Source: Paramoeba atlantica
Lineage: Eukaryota > Protista > Discosea
Assembly: GCA_977017575.1 (NCBI GenBank)
Contig: CDRNVI010000160.1
Coordinates: forward strand, 34,746-98,745
Reading direction: 5' to 3'
Length of the DNA stretch: 64,000 bases
In this document: piece by piece, positions 37,385 through 49,001 of the stretch
How the letters are laid out: each line of letters opens with the position of its first letter
How positions within the stretch are numbered: the stretch's first letter is position 1
Made by a program: the position numbers and the translations under genes
Notes under the pieces: generated by a model
Database searches by the model: none
The model's input: only the letters and a program-made list of their open reading frames with translations
Told to the model about the DNA's origin: nothing

Positions 37385-37800
37385 ACATGACCTTTTTTTT
37401 TTTTGAAAAGTTTTGTTTAGTTCGTCTTGGAAGACGAATAACCAAAGTTTTTCAGAACACACACAATGAGACTTTATTCTTCAAAAAATATGATTCTGTG
37501 AAACCAAAATAAATAAAAATCACCTTCCTTTTCTCTCTCGCCATTCTTTCTCTTCTCTCTTCTGTTCTGAACTTTCGGTGAAAGAGGGAAAAACCAAAGA
37601 CAAAACGGTGTTCCGTTTTTTCGTTCCTCGTTTTTTTTTTTTTTTGTTTTCTTGTTCCCATCAATAATTTTTTTTGTTCTGTCCAACCTGTCTCCTCAAT
37701 GAGTTTCGTTCCTTTTTCTGTTCAATCTCTTTCAAAATTTCGTCGTTTCATAATCTAGGTGGGTGGCAACATGTTGTCGCCCACCTTTTCCTAAGGCAAA

Positions 37801-39994
37801 ATGGATCCGTACGCCTCTTTCGATCCCTTTGCGGATCTCCCTCTTCACGATCAGTTCCCTCCAAGTGAAAACGATTTTCTTCCATCCCAATCCAATCAAC
37901 ACACACAACAACATCCTTATGACGCTTACCAACAACCTTCAAATCAATTTTTTCACCCCCCACAACAACATTTTCGGTATGACTCTTTCGTTCCTCCTCC
38001 TCCTTCCACTCAACACACCCACCATCGCCACCACTACACAACCCCCCGACGTTCATCCAATCGACAAATCAAATCCACTCGCTCTACTGAATCTACTCCA
38101 ACCCAACAACAACAACAACCACCTTCAAACTTACCAACACAAGAACAACCGCCCTTTCCTTCTTGTTCCTGTAAAATTCGTTCGAACCCACGAATTGTCA
38201 GCCAGAAACAAAAGAAAAAACTTCGTTCAAAGAATCAGGATACAATCTTGGCAGTTCTGTTTTCCCTTCGAAGAATTTTGAACCTTCCTTTCTCTCCATT
38301 ATTTACCGCTCTCTTTAATGATGGTTTGAAAATATATCTTCACTCAGGGAGAAGGAGTTGCTCGACAGTTCTTCCTTCAACCTGGTTTTCCTCAGTCTCC
38401 GCCTTTCTGACAAAGGATCGTTTTGGAGATGGAGATGAAGACGACGATATTGTCGTTCTCCAAGGACCAAAGGAACACTTAAATTGTGTTTTGGGTTGGG
38501 TTGAATCCCAAATTGGCCTTGTCTCTGCTGAAGTGGATCCTCTCTTTGGCTTTATGGTTTATCACCCCTATTTTGCTGGGGCTTCTCTTTCTCCTCTCTC
38601 GGACCGAATCCGGACCGCTTCCTCTCTTTTAGGTCGCTCTGATGAAGCCAAGAAAGAAGGCTCTCCTTCAAAAGGATTAAAACGGAAAGAAGAAGAGAGT
38701 AAAAAAAAAGGGGGGGAAGAAGATTTGATCGGGGAAGAAAAGACAGATGTATTGAGTTGGATTCACACTCATTTAAACGGATTAAACGAAGAAGAAGAAG
38801 GAGAAAAAGAAGATCTATCTGCGAGTTTAAAATCAAGTTTCGAGTTTGATGAAAATTTTTTTTCTTGGGAGTCTTTTATCGGTGTTCAAGAAGAAGAAAC
38901 TTCCAATGCCCTTTTACTCTCCTCCTCTTCTTCTTCTTCTTCTTCTTCTTCTTCTTGTTCTTTTTCTTCATCTAGTAGTCCTTCTTTTAGTGCCCCTGAG
39001 GATTCCTTCGGCTCTCTTTCTCCCATCTCAACATCTGTCGGAGAAGATCAATACGTTCCCATCCCCCAACTCTCACAAACAGACTTTCAACTCTCTTGGA
39101 TCCCTTCTTCTTCTCAACCTCTTATTTCTCTTTTTGGAGAAGATTTTCTCTTCCCTTCTGATGCTCGAAGAAGAAAAAAGAGTTGTTTCGATGATCCCTC
39201 ACAAGAGTTTCTTGAAACAGAGGAGAAAACAATTGAGTTAAAGAATTTTTTAGAAACCAAATTCTCAGGGTCTGGGAGTTCAGTTCACTGGGAGTTGTCT
39301 TCTTCTTCTCTTTCTCTTCTTGATCGATCTGCTTCTGCTGGGTGTGGATACGCTTGTCGAGTTTCAGAAAGTCTTTCTTTTGAAGTTCTCTCTCGGATCT
39401 TTTCTGCTCGACTGAAATATCGAGAAAAAGAAGTTCTGTATCGAGATAAGAAGGGGGGGATGGTTGATTATGTTTGTAAGATTGAGAGGAGTCTTGTTGG
39501 GGTCAGTGTTACTCGTGTTGTTCAAATCCCACACCAAGGAAAAGAGAAAGAACTTTCTTGTGATGAGGATGTTTATTATTTGTTATTGAAAAAATTGGCT
39601 GGATTAGCGCTTGCTTCTCAGTCTGTTGCACCCTCTCATTCTTGGAAAGGTATTATTTCTTGTGCATTTTCTTTTTTTCTTTTTTTTTCTTTTCTTTTTT
39701 TTTTGTTGTTGTTGTCTAACCTTTTCTTTTTTTTTACAGTGTCCTTACTGTTCATTTGGGTTGCTTCTCCTTCTCTTCATGAAAGGGTCACTCGGTAATT
39801 ATTTTTTTTGCTCTCTCTTCTCTCTTCTCTCTCTCCTCTCCTCTTTCTTTTGAATTGATTTCAAAAAAAACAGGATCCTCAAAATGATGGGAAAGAATCC
39901 TCATTATAACGAAATCTTTTTGACAAAAACTTCAATTATGGTTATTGAAACGGATCTCACGTCTCCTTTTTATACTGCTGATTTGTACACTTGA
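37801..39994 (+). CDS. Protein with low-complexity N-terminus and C-terminal domain resembling the Dictyostelium AAC4 family (unknown function); 3 exons
   Basis: C-terminal SESLSFEVLSRIFSARLKYREKEVLY...VDYVCKIERSLVGVSVTR...LLLKKLAGL...WKVSLLFIW pattern; two GT-AG introns restore the frame to TGA 39992-39994. The family call is from memory. Confidence 0.6.
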
Positions 39995-40096
39995 AAAAAT
40001 GAACCTTTTTTGTTTTCCTTTTTTAATTTACTCAATAAAATTCATTTTCTTTTTCATTTCTTTTCTCCCTTTTTCTCTTTTTTTTTTACTTTATTA

Positions 40097-40931
40097 TCAC
40101 CTCGCTGCCTTAATATTTCTTCCTTCCAAAGAAAGATTGTAAAAAGGTTCACCATAAAAATAGAACGAACCAAGAGTTTGAAACATCTCATCAACCATTT
40201 CTCCAGTCTTTGCACTTGTCTCAATGAATGGGATCTTGAACCTCAAAGCCATTTCTTCTCCTTCTTCTTTTGTCACTTGACGTTCTTCTTCTCCAAGATC
40301 AACTTTGTTTCCAATCAAAACGCCAACTGGTACTTCAACATCCTTCACTCTCATTACCTTTTCAATGTAAGAGACAATTTGGTGAAAAGATTCCTTTGAA
40401 GTGATTGAATAAACAAAGAAAAATCCATGGGTATCCAACAAGGGTTGTTCAATGTAGACAATATATTCTTCAAAAGATGGTGAATCTGAAAAGAGAGAAT
40501 AAAAAAGAAAGGAAAGCGATTGGAAGAGAAAGAAAGAAGAGGAGGGAGAGAAGAACCAGAAAGGTCAAAAAGGGTTAGTTGTTCATCGATGTTCAAGATC
40601 ACTTGCTTTCGATATCTGGATGAAAATGAAAATCACAGAAGGAAATAAAGTGAAAAAGAAAAAGGGAAAAACAAACGAATCTTCAATTGTTGGATCATAT
40701 TCCTCAAGAAAAGTATCCTTTTCACAAAATTGTCAAATTGCCAAAAACAAATCGAAACAAAAAAAAAAAAGAAAAGAGAAGAACATGGGCAAATCGAGTA
40801 CACAAAGCAGTTTTGCCAACCCCACCATCACCTTGCATCAACATTCTGAAATGACCAACACGCTCTCGAATTGGCTCTCTCTTTCCTTTTTTTGATTTGT
40901 TCTTTTCTCTTCTCGAAAGAACATTTCCCAT
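40097..40931 (-). CDS. Atypical Ras-family small GTPase, 4 exons, N-terminal MGxxxS plus basic patch, no CAAX
   Basis: GDGGVGKTAL (G1), EEYDPTIEDSYRK (switch I), GNKVDL (G4), ETSAKTG (G5); the spliced G3 region reads FDLSDS. Confidence 0.85.
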
Positions 40932-41196
40932 CTCAATCGCTTTGACAAGTCAAGAGAAGAGAGAGAGGGAAAGGAACAAAATTCGAAAAAAAAATCAAAA
41001 AAGACAGCTCTTTAAAACTCGGTCTGTTTGGATGGGTTTCTCATGAAAAACTATGATTTGTTTTTCTTTCTTTTGAATTCGGGAGAGTGTTCGAAACCAA
41101 ATCTCAAAAAAAAAAGGAATTTTGAATCTTTGTCAAAAGACAAAAGAGAAAAAAGGACAAAAAAAAAACGCTGATAAGATTTTTATTTTTAGATAT

Positions 41197-41853
41197 TTAA
41201 GTGGACCAGCCCTTGCAAACATCATAAGGACCAGCAGGCAAGTCACCGGAGATCTTGGTGTAAGCCGTGTTGATCGCACACATGGAACCAGAATCATCAC
41301 CATCTTCAATGTAGGTGTTGGAGTAAGCCATCTTGGAGGAAACGAACTTGAGGACCTCAGTTCTGTGAAAAGAAAAGCAAAAAATCATGAGTATCATTTT
41401 GAACTTGAAGAAGAAGAAGAGAACAAAAGCTCAAAAGACAAAGAAAAGAAACAAATCAAAAAAAAAAAAAAAAATGAAGGAAAACCTGTCAGCGTTGTTT
41501 CCGTTGTAGTTGCTGTTGGTGTCGCAAGAGTTGTCAGAGGCACCAATGGTGTTCAAGAGACCATATCCAGCCTTAGATTGGAAGTTGATCATACCATTTC
41601 TCCAGTAGTGACCACAAGAGTTGTCAGCGGGAACATAAAATTCAGCAGTCTTGATGTAACAGTTGGGGTAGATAACGAGTTCACCAACTCCAGCGGTGCA
41701 GAAATCGGAGGTTCCTTCATTGGAAGGGGTGGTGGTGGTGGACCAGACACCAGCGATGGAGGAGCATTTGTAGTTGGAGTAGGGGCCTCTGGCTTGCTTT
41801 TCAGCACAGACGGCAAGAACACAAGCGAGGAACAAGATGGCAATCTTCATCAT
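41197..41853 (-). CDS. Small secreted Cys-containing protein of unknown family, 2 exons
   Basis: Signal peptide MMKIAILFLACVLAVCA; ORF 41431..41853 and ORF 41197..41397 are separated by a T-rich GT-AG intron. Confidence 0.7.
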
Positions 41854-42278
41854 GATCGTTTGTGAGTGTGGAAAGTGAAAAAGAAAAAAAAAAGACGGAA
41901 CGCTCTTTTTAGAGCTCTAAATTTTAGCACTTTGATCTAGATTTTTAGCTTTTTTTTTTTTCAGACGAAGACGCAAAAAACTGCGTTCGTTGTTTCTTTT
42001 CGTTGATTTTTGAATTTTCTTTTTTCATTTCTTTTTTTTTTTCTTTTTTTTTTCACCTTTTTTCTTTTGTCTCTTTTTGAGGTGTGGGGTTGCTTTTTTT
42101 GGGGGGTTGTTCTTTTTCAGAAATTTGAAACTGAATCAAAGTTTTTTCTGAAACAAGTTCTTTTCATTTTTCATTTTTTTTTTTTTGGATCTCCATTCAA
42201 CAGTACTTCTTTTTCGAATTTTCTTTTCAAAAGAAAGAAAGAAAGAAGAAGAAAGGGTTTCTCTCGTTTCTCTTCAAA

Positions 42279-43269
42279 ATGGCGGGGGTGTGGGGAACAG
42301 TGAGAGGGGCTCTCTTTGGAAAATCTTTTGTTCGAATTAACAAACGACCAAAAGTTATTATTGCTGGTGATGCGATTGTCGGAAAAGTTGGTCTTTCTTT
42401 TTTTTTGTTTTTGTTTTGTTTTTAGAAAAGGAAGGACAATTTTGTTTTTTCTGGATTCAGACTTTCTCTCTCTCTCTCTCTCTCTCTTTCAATTTTGACA
42501 GACAACGTTACTTTCGGAATGGGGAAACAATCCTGCCTCTCGTCCAAATCGTTGGATTACCAACCGAAAAAGTGGGGCTGGACTCGAGATTATTTGTCAA
42601 GAAGAAGGAAATGCAACAACATATATCGAAGAGATTGCTGAACTTTCTGACTTTACTCTCAGTGGAGCGCATGCTTGTGTTTTACTCTTTTCATTAATCG
42701 ATCGACAAACTCTTCTTACAGTGAAACGAAAGTCAATTCCTTTGATTTTAAGTTCTCGAGGAAAGAATTGTCCAATCATTCTAGTTGGAACAAAACTGGA
42801 TCTTCGAGAAGCAATTAAAATCCCAAAAAACACAACAAAGGGAACAACAACAAAAGGAAACTCATCAAACAAAGAATTACCTTCTCCTCCAAATATTCCT
42901 CCCTGGGATGAAAAAGTAGACGGGGGACTCCCTTCAATCCAAGATCTCCCTTCAGAAGTTCTCATGAAAATTTTTGATTTTCTTGAAGTCGAAAACTTGA
43001 TCTCTTGTTCGAGTGTTTGTAAAGGATGGCATGAAATTTCTAAATATCCTTATATCTGGTCCAACAGACCTGAAAGAGTGGTTCTGACTTCGGAAGGGAA
43101 TGAAGTTAAGAAACAATTCCCTGAAGTTGTAATGTACATTGAAATTGGGCTTGGTCAGATTCGAAATCCAAAAACTTCAAAACAGTTGATTCGAAGAGTG
43201 ATTGAAGAGGCGGCGACAAGTGGTGAAAAATTGGTTACTCCCAAGGTTGAAGAGTATGATGAAAGTTGA
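42279..43269 (+). CDS. Rho-like GTPase fold with an internal F-box; join(42279..42386,42502..43269)
   Basis: KVIIAGDAIVGK|TT P-loop across the intron, ACVLLFSL, PIILVGTKLDLR (Rho-type G4), then DLPSEVLMKIFDFLEVENLISCSSVCKGWHEIS (F-box), then YIEIG...LIRRVIEEA (G5/alpha5-like). Confidence 0.8.
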
Positions 43270-43699
43270 TGTTTTATGGTGATGAGTTTTCATTTTTATT
43301 ATTGAAAAAAAAGAGGGAGAAAAAGATTAAAAAGAGAGAGGAGAGAGAGATGGTGGATCACCAAAAAAAAAGATTTTGTGTGAATAATTTTATCTTTCTC
43401 TCTGCTTGTAAACAAGTGAAGTTGTCAAAAGTGAAGAAGAAAAGAGGTTCATCTCACTTTTAAAAAAATATTGACACAGAGTAACAATTTTTAACATGTT
43501 TATTTTTGACAAATTCCTTTTTTTTCTTTCACACACAAAACAAGAAAGTACCAAAAACAAAAAAACAAACAAAGAGAAATAATTTCACCAAATGAGATAA
43601 ATCAATCCTGACAAGACAGGGAGAAGAGGAGAGAGAGGAAAAAAAAAGACGGACAAACAGAGAGAGAGAGGAGAGAGATCGAGAATAGATCTTTTGTTT

Positions 43700-44575
43700 T
43701 TACGAAAGCTTCTGAGTTGTTGGTCGAGGAGGAGGAGGTTTGTTCGAAGGAGGAAATGCAGAGAGACGATTCTTTGCTGAACTTGAAGGACGAGCAGGAG
43801 AAGGTCGAGCAGGAGCACCACTCCCTCCTCTTGGATTTGGAACTTCAGAAGAAGAAGAAGAAGAAGATGGTTCTGGAGAGGGTGGCTTTCTTCTCTCTGG
43901 GACTGTGGGGCCTCGATCAGCCCATTTTTGGATTGAGCCCCCCGTATTGGAAAAGAAATCATACACCATTGTGTCAACATCAACTTTTTCTGGAGGAGGG
44001 GCGTTTTCTTCTCCTTCTCCTTCTCCTTTTGGTGGGAGGAACCAACTTGCGAGGTATGGTTGCGGATCTCCTTCTGGTTGAGGGTTCTCTTCTCCTTCTC
44101 CTTCTCCTTCTTTCTTCTCTTCCCCTTGAAAGATCGTCGCTCCATAAGCCCCATAATCCGAAACAGTAGAGACCGTGGAATCATAATATGAATCGAGAGT
44201 TTGTTTAAATCCTGGAACAGATTCTTGTCCTTCTTCTGCAGGTTCTTTTCCATAATACCATGTCGACACACTCTCCCCCCAACCTTCTTGGTTTCCCTCT
44301 TCTTGCTTTTCTGGAGGAACATCTCCTTCTTGCTGACTCTGATCAGAGGGGGGGGCAGAAGAAAATTGTGCTTTCACACTATCAATCCCCTGAGCAAAAG
44401 AACCCCAAACATCAGAACCCCCTGCCCCTTCTTCCCCACCACCACCACCGCCACCTTCATTTCCACCTCCACCACCACCAAACCAACCAACCACAGAATC
44501 ATACACGCCCCCTTCTTCTTGTTGTGTTTGTGGTTGCTCCGGCAGCCCCCGATTTGGAGGTGGGGTTCTATCACC

Positions 44576-44631
<56 letters not shown>

Positions 44632-44659
44632 CAGGAGTTGCGGGGGTAGGTCTCCTCAT
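43700..44659 (-). CDS. Hypothetical disordered Ser/Gly/Glu/Pro-rich protein, intronless, 319 aa
   Basis: Long open frame from MRRPTP at 44659 with coding-like composition; no recognised domain. Confidence 0.7.
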
Positions 44660-45086
44660 TTTTTCAACGATGAAAGAAATAAAAGGAAGAAGAAGAGACT
44701 CAAAAAAAAAAAAAAGAAAAACAAAGCAACCCCCAAAACGCAAAAAACGGCCTTTTAAATTGTCCTTTTTATTTTTGTATTGATTTTTTATTTGAATTTT
44801 TTTTTGAGGATTTTTTTTTTTTGGAATCTATTTTTTGGAGTCATCATTTTTTCGTTTTCTATTTCCAAATTCATAATTTGAATTTTTTCATTTCTCATTT
44901 ATCTTCCGTCATTTTTTAAGACCTTTTTAAATCAAATGCGCCCAATTCTTCTAAAATTTTCTTTTCCTCTCCTTTTTCTTTTTTTCCAATCACTTGAATT
45001 TCAGAAAAACTTTTCACAGAGAAAGAGAAAACACAAAAAAGAAAAGAAAAGAAAAGAAAGAAAAAAAAAATTCTCTCAAATTATCA

Positions 45087-48000
45087 TCACAATTCTTGAA
45101 CAAGCCAATTTTGAAACTCCATTAATTGTCCAAGACAAGGATCAGCAGGAACAAGAGGCTCATTTTCTTTCCAATCTCTTTCATTCTCTCTGATTCTCTC
45201 TCTTATTTCGTCCATCGCTTTTATGACCCCTTCTCGAGAATAGGATTTGTTTTTTAAATGCTCCATTATCTGTGAAATATTTTGAATTATTAATTATTAA
45301 TTATTAATTATTATTATTATTTGTTTTTTGTAAGATGTTTTTTGGAAGAGAAAGAGAAAAGAGAAAAAAAATAGAGAAAAAAAAAAGAGAAACAAAAAAA
45401 AAAAAGAAAAAATAAAAGAGAAAAAATAAATAAATCAGAAACTAAATTCCAAAAAAAACAAAAAAAAAAAATTACCAAAGAAACCAAATCAGGAAACAAA
45501 GAATCAGAATAAATAAGAACATCAAGAATCAATCCATCCTTGGAAGTGATATTAACATCCATTATCCCCCACTCGAATCTCTCTTCCATGTTGTGTGTGA
45601 ATGGTGGTGAGTGTCCAAATCTCCAATTCCTTTTTTTTTTTTTTGTTTTGTTTTTGTTTTTTTTTTGTTTTTTTGTTTTTTTGTTTTTTGTTTTTTGTTT
45701 TTGTTTTTGTTTTGTTTTTTGTTTTATTTTTGTTTTTTATTGTTTTATTGTTTTATTGTTTTTTGTTTTTTTTTGGAAGAGGAAAGAGAAGGTTGGGGGA
45801 GAGGAGAGGAGAGAGGAGAAGAAAAAGAAAGTTGAGAAAGAGAAGGAGAAAGGGAAAGGGGATTTTTTTTTTACCAAAGAAATGAAGAGAGAAAGAGAGA
45901 GAGAAAGGAAAAGAGAGAAGAAAGAGAACCATTCTAATAATTTATCATAAATTTGTTTCACTTCACCATTTTTAATAATATCATCTCCAATCTCAATAAA
46001 CTCAACTTCTTTCCTCTCAAGACCATAAGAAGAAAGAAAAGAAGAGACAAGAGAGTCACAGAGAGACTCATGAGAGAGAGAAGGGCAAATATCGTTTAAA
46101 TTTAGAACTCGTGAGACAACACTTTTGATGCCTGGGGAAAGAGAGAAAGAGAGGAAAGGAGAAAGAGAAAAAGAGAAGGACAGAGAAAGAAAAAAAGAAA
46201 GAAAAGTCATTTATTAGTACAAATCCCTTTTTACTTAAAAAAACTAATAAAAGAAGAGAAAGAAAGAAAAAAAGAAAAAAAGAAAAAAAAAAAGAAAAAA
46301 AAGAAAGAAAAAAAGATTAAACCTTTACTTTCCAATTTCTTCTTATTTGGATTCAAATATTTGGCCATATCACTAAAATTCAAATTAAGGAGAATTGTTC
46401 CATGATGTAATCCTCTCTGAGATGCGTATTTAAATGCAGATCCTGATATCTATTTATTTATTATTTTAATCTTTTTTTTATATTCAATTAAAAGACAAAG
46501 AAAGAGGAGAGAAAGAGAGAGAGAAAGAGAGAGAGAAAAGAGAGAGAGAGAAGAAAACCTTGTGATCATTAACATGAAGATCATTCCTCCCAGTAGGAAG
46601 AGCATCAATACCAAAAGGAGTCAAAGCATCACAAAGAATAGCCATATTTCTCTTAACATCATAAAAATTGTTATGAGACATGAAAGAGAAAATGCTGTTT
46701 CCAAAATCTTGGTATACCGCCCCTCCTCCTTTTTTTTGAGAGATTAGAGAGAGAGAGAAGAGAGAGGAGAGAAGAGACAGAGAGGGAGAGAAAGAGAATA
46801 GGGGAAAGGAAAAAGAAGGAAAAAGAAAGAATAATAAAAGAGAGAAGAATTCCAACTTTTGAATGTTTAAATTACAAAAATTCACGAATACAATACAAAA
46901 AAAAGATAGATTAAAAAAAGAAAAAAACAGAAAAAAAAATAGAAAAAAATCAGAAAAAATCATCAACTTCTGGGAATGAAGTCTTTTGTTGGCTTGCTTT
47001 TAGAATTAGTGTACTTTTTCTTATTTCTGGTGTACGTATTGTACGTTACGACTGAGTTGCCTCCTATGAGTAGTGGGTCGCACTCTCCTGGTACCTGTTT
47101 CAATTTTCCTTTTGTTGAAAATGACTTCCTGCGCATTCTCCCGTTGTAACGCTTCTGCCGACATTGATTGTAATGTCTTCACTAGCCCCCTCACCAAGAA
47201 AGGATGTTTCTACTATCCAAGGTAATAAACTCTCTTCTGTTTCACCTATTACAAGACAGACATCGGATGGTAAGTCAGGACTTTCGAGTACCAATGCCCC
47301 TCCAACTAAACCTCCACCGTTCCAAAAATCCACCTCTGCTGGAAAGCAAGGATTGAGACATCGTATAACCAGCTCATCCGAGCAACTTGAACGAGGGAGC
47401 CCTTTGTGAAGGAACCAGACTTTGCCAAGTTTCTTGAGAGATATAAATATGACCCAGTGATTGAGCAAGCTGCCCTCTGGTTTGTCAAGGAGGGTTTAAT
47501 GGAATGGTTGGATTTGCCACCGAACTCAAAAATGTATTCACAACCGAAGCCAGGGAGCGACAAAATGTGAGTCTAAAAAAATCAGAAGTTCTCTCAAATT
47601 GTGGCATTCTTGTTGTTATAACATAAAAAGTGAGTTCAATTGAGCGATATGATATCTTGATGGAATAGGGTACTTTTTGAGTGGTTTTGTGAGATTGTCT
47701 TTGTCTCGCTCACTCTAAAACTCTAAAAAAAATAAAATAAAAATAAACATTATCTGTTCTTCTATCTCCTGAATAAAACACTTTTGAAACGGGTTTCTGA
47801 TGTGGTTCATTTCTTAACAAATAAAAAACAAACAATCTCACAAAAAATAGACAGAAAAAGTAATTAAAAAACATTCAAAAAATAAAAAAAAAAATAAAAA
47901 AATAAAAAAAAAACCAGAAAATCTTCGAACAAGATGAACATTATCTTCCTCCATTTTTTGGACAAAACACTCTTTAAACGGATTCTGATGTCTCCCAATA

Positions 48001-48155
48001 ATAACAGAAGGTTCATTTCTCCACAAATACAAGAGAGGTTCTTCTTTCTTTTCTTTGATTGAAGAATCCCAGAGCCATTCTTCGAATGCGATGTTGATAA
48101 ATGGGTTTGTTGTCTTTGTTGTTATGATTCTTGGTTGGTTTATGAATCGAAACAT
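45087..48155 (-). CDS. lplA: Lipoate-protein ligase A (LplA/LIPT1 family), multi-exon
   Basis: NPFINIAFEEWL, LWRNEPSVIIGRHQNP, RRFSG|GGAVYQD, GRNDL, KISGSAF, HHGTILL, GIKSVVSRV and WRFGHSPPF motifs across exons. Confidence 0.92.
46976..47570 (+). other. Candidate nested antisense gene or inserted coding-like island in lplA intron 1 (46729-47914)
   Basis: High-complexity sequence unlike neighbouring T/TC introns. ATG 46976 gives MKSFVGLLLELVYFFLFLVYVLYVTT (hydrophobic); a GT..AG at 47091-47185 joins it in frame to ORF 47164..47409; a second open frame 47391-47570 reads EPFVKEPDFAKFLERYKYDPVIEQAALWFVKEGLMEWL. Confidence 0.4.
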
Positions 48156-48647
48156 TCTATTTTTTAAAAAATGAGGAGAAAAAAAGAGAGACCAATTGAT
48201 TGAATCAGTTAATTCAAAAGAAAAGAAAGAAAGAAAAAAAAAATCAACAAACTTTTTCAGATTTCTTCGAAACAAAAAAAAAAGAAAAAGAAGGAACAAA
48301 AAAAAAATTGGAGAAAATCAATTGAGGAGCCCACTCCCGTTCTCCCATACAAAATTTAATGTAAAAAACCATACTGATAAATTTTTAAACTTTTCCATCA
48401 CAAACCCTTTTTTTTATTTATTTCGAGGTCGTTTGTCTTTGTGAAAATAACTCTTGAATTTTGATTTTTAGAGAACTTCGAAGTTCTCCACGCCTCGAGC
48501 AAAAAGACCAAAAGCAATCTCGTGTGTTTTTCCTTTCGTCTGTCGCATCTTTTGCAAAAAGAGAACACCACCGTCCGCCTCAACTGAAACAGCAGTGGTT
48601 CTTACAACTTCATTCTCTTACAGAAAACAACAGAATCGGAATAGAAA

Positions 48648-49001
48648 ATGACAGACGTTTTGTTGGACGATGTCCTCGCGGCTGATAAGACCTGGGACTT
48701 CAAGTTCTATTTCGAGAAAGACGGCGAAAGAAATCAGATTGATCTCTTTGTTCCTCTCGGTCAAGAGGACCTTTTCCTCCAGATTTTTTCTGGAGAGATT
48801 ACTCGGGTGGAGAACATGTCGAGATTGTTGATCAACAGTAGCTTGGAAGATTTTCAGAGAAGATTGGCATCATTGCGCTTGCGTATTTTAGCAGGACCTG
48901 TCTCTTTTTCGATTGGCAGCAGAACAGTTGGCGTCTTTTATGCTGGCCGTACTCGTGTGCACTCAGTGGAGAGCGCAGATTGCTCCAAAGGACAAAAATG
49001 A
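48648..49001 (+). CDS. Hypothetical 117-aa protein
   Basis: ATG-initiated ORF with globular-protein-like composition in an otherwise T/A-run intergenic region; no motif recognised. Confidence 0.55.
   Translation: MTDVLLDDVLAADKTWDFKFYFEKDGERNQIDLFVPLGQEDLFLQIFSGEITRVENMSRLLINSSLEDFQRRLASLRLRILAGPVSFSIGSRTVGVFYAGRTRVHSVESADCSKGQK

Noticed and set aside
37146-37462. Short Cys-rich ORFs on both strands
   Set aside because: They overlap the RNase MRP RNA, which explains the sequence complexity.
41122-41865. 247-aa plus-strand ORF
   Set aside because: Antisense shadow of the secreted protein on the minus strand, which has the signal peptide and a proper intron.
46963-47592. Terminal inverted repeats around the nested island (AACTTCTG / CAGAAGTT)
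   Set aside because: Only 8 bp with no target-site duplication; expected by chance.
47748-47765. U2 snRNA-like TATCTGTTCTT
   Set aside because: The branch-point pairing GTAGTA and the 5' stem of U2 are absent; short chance match.
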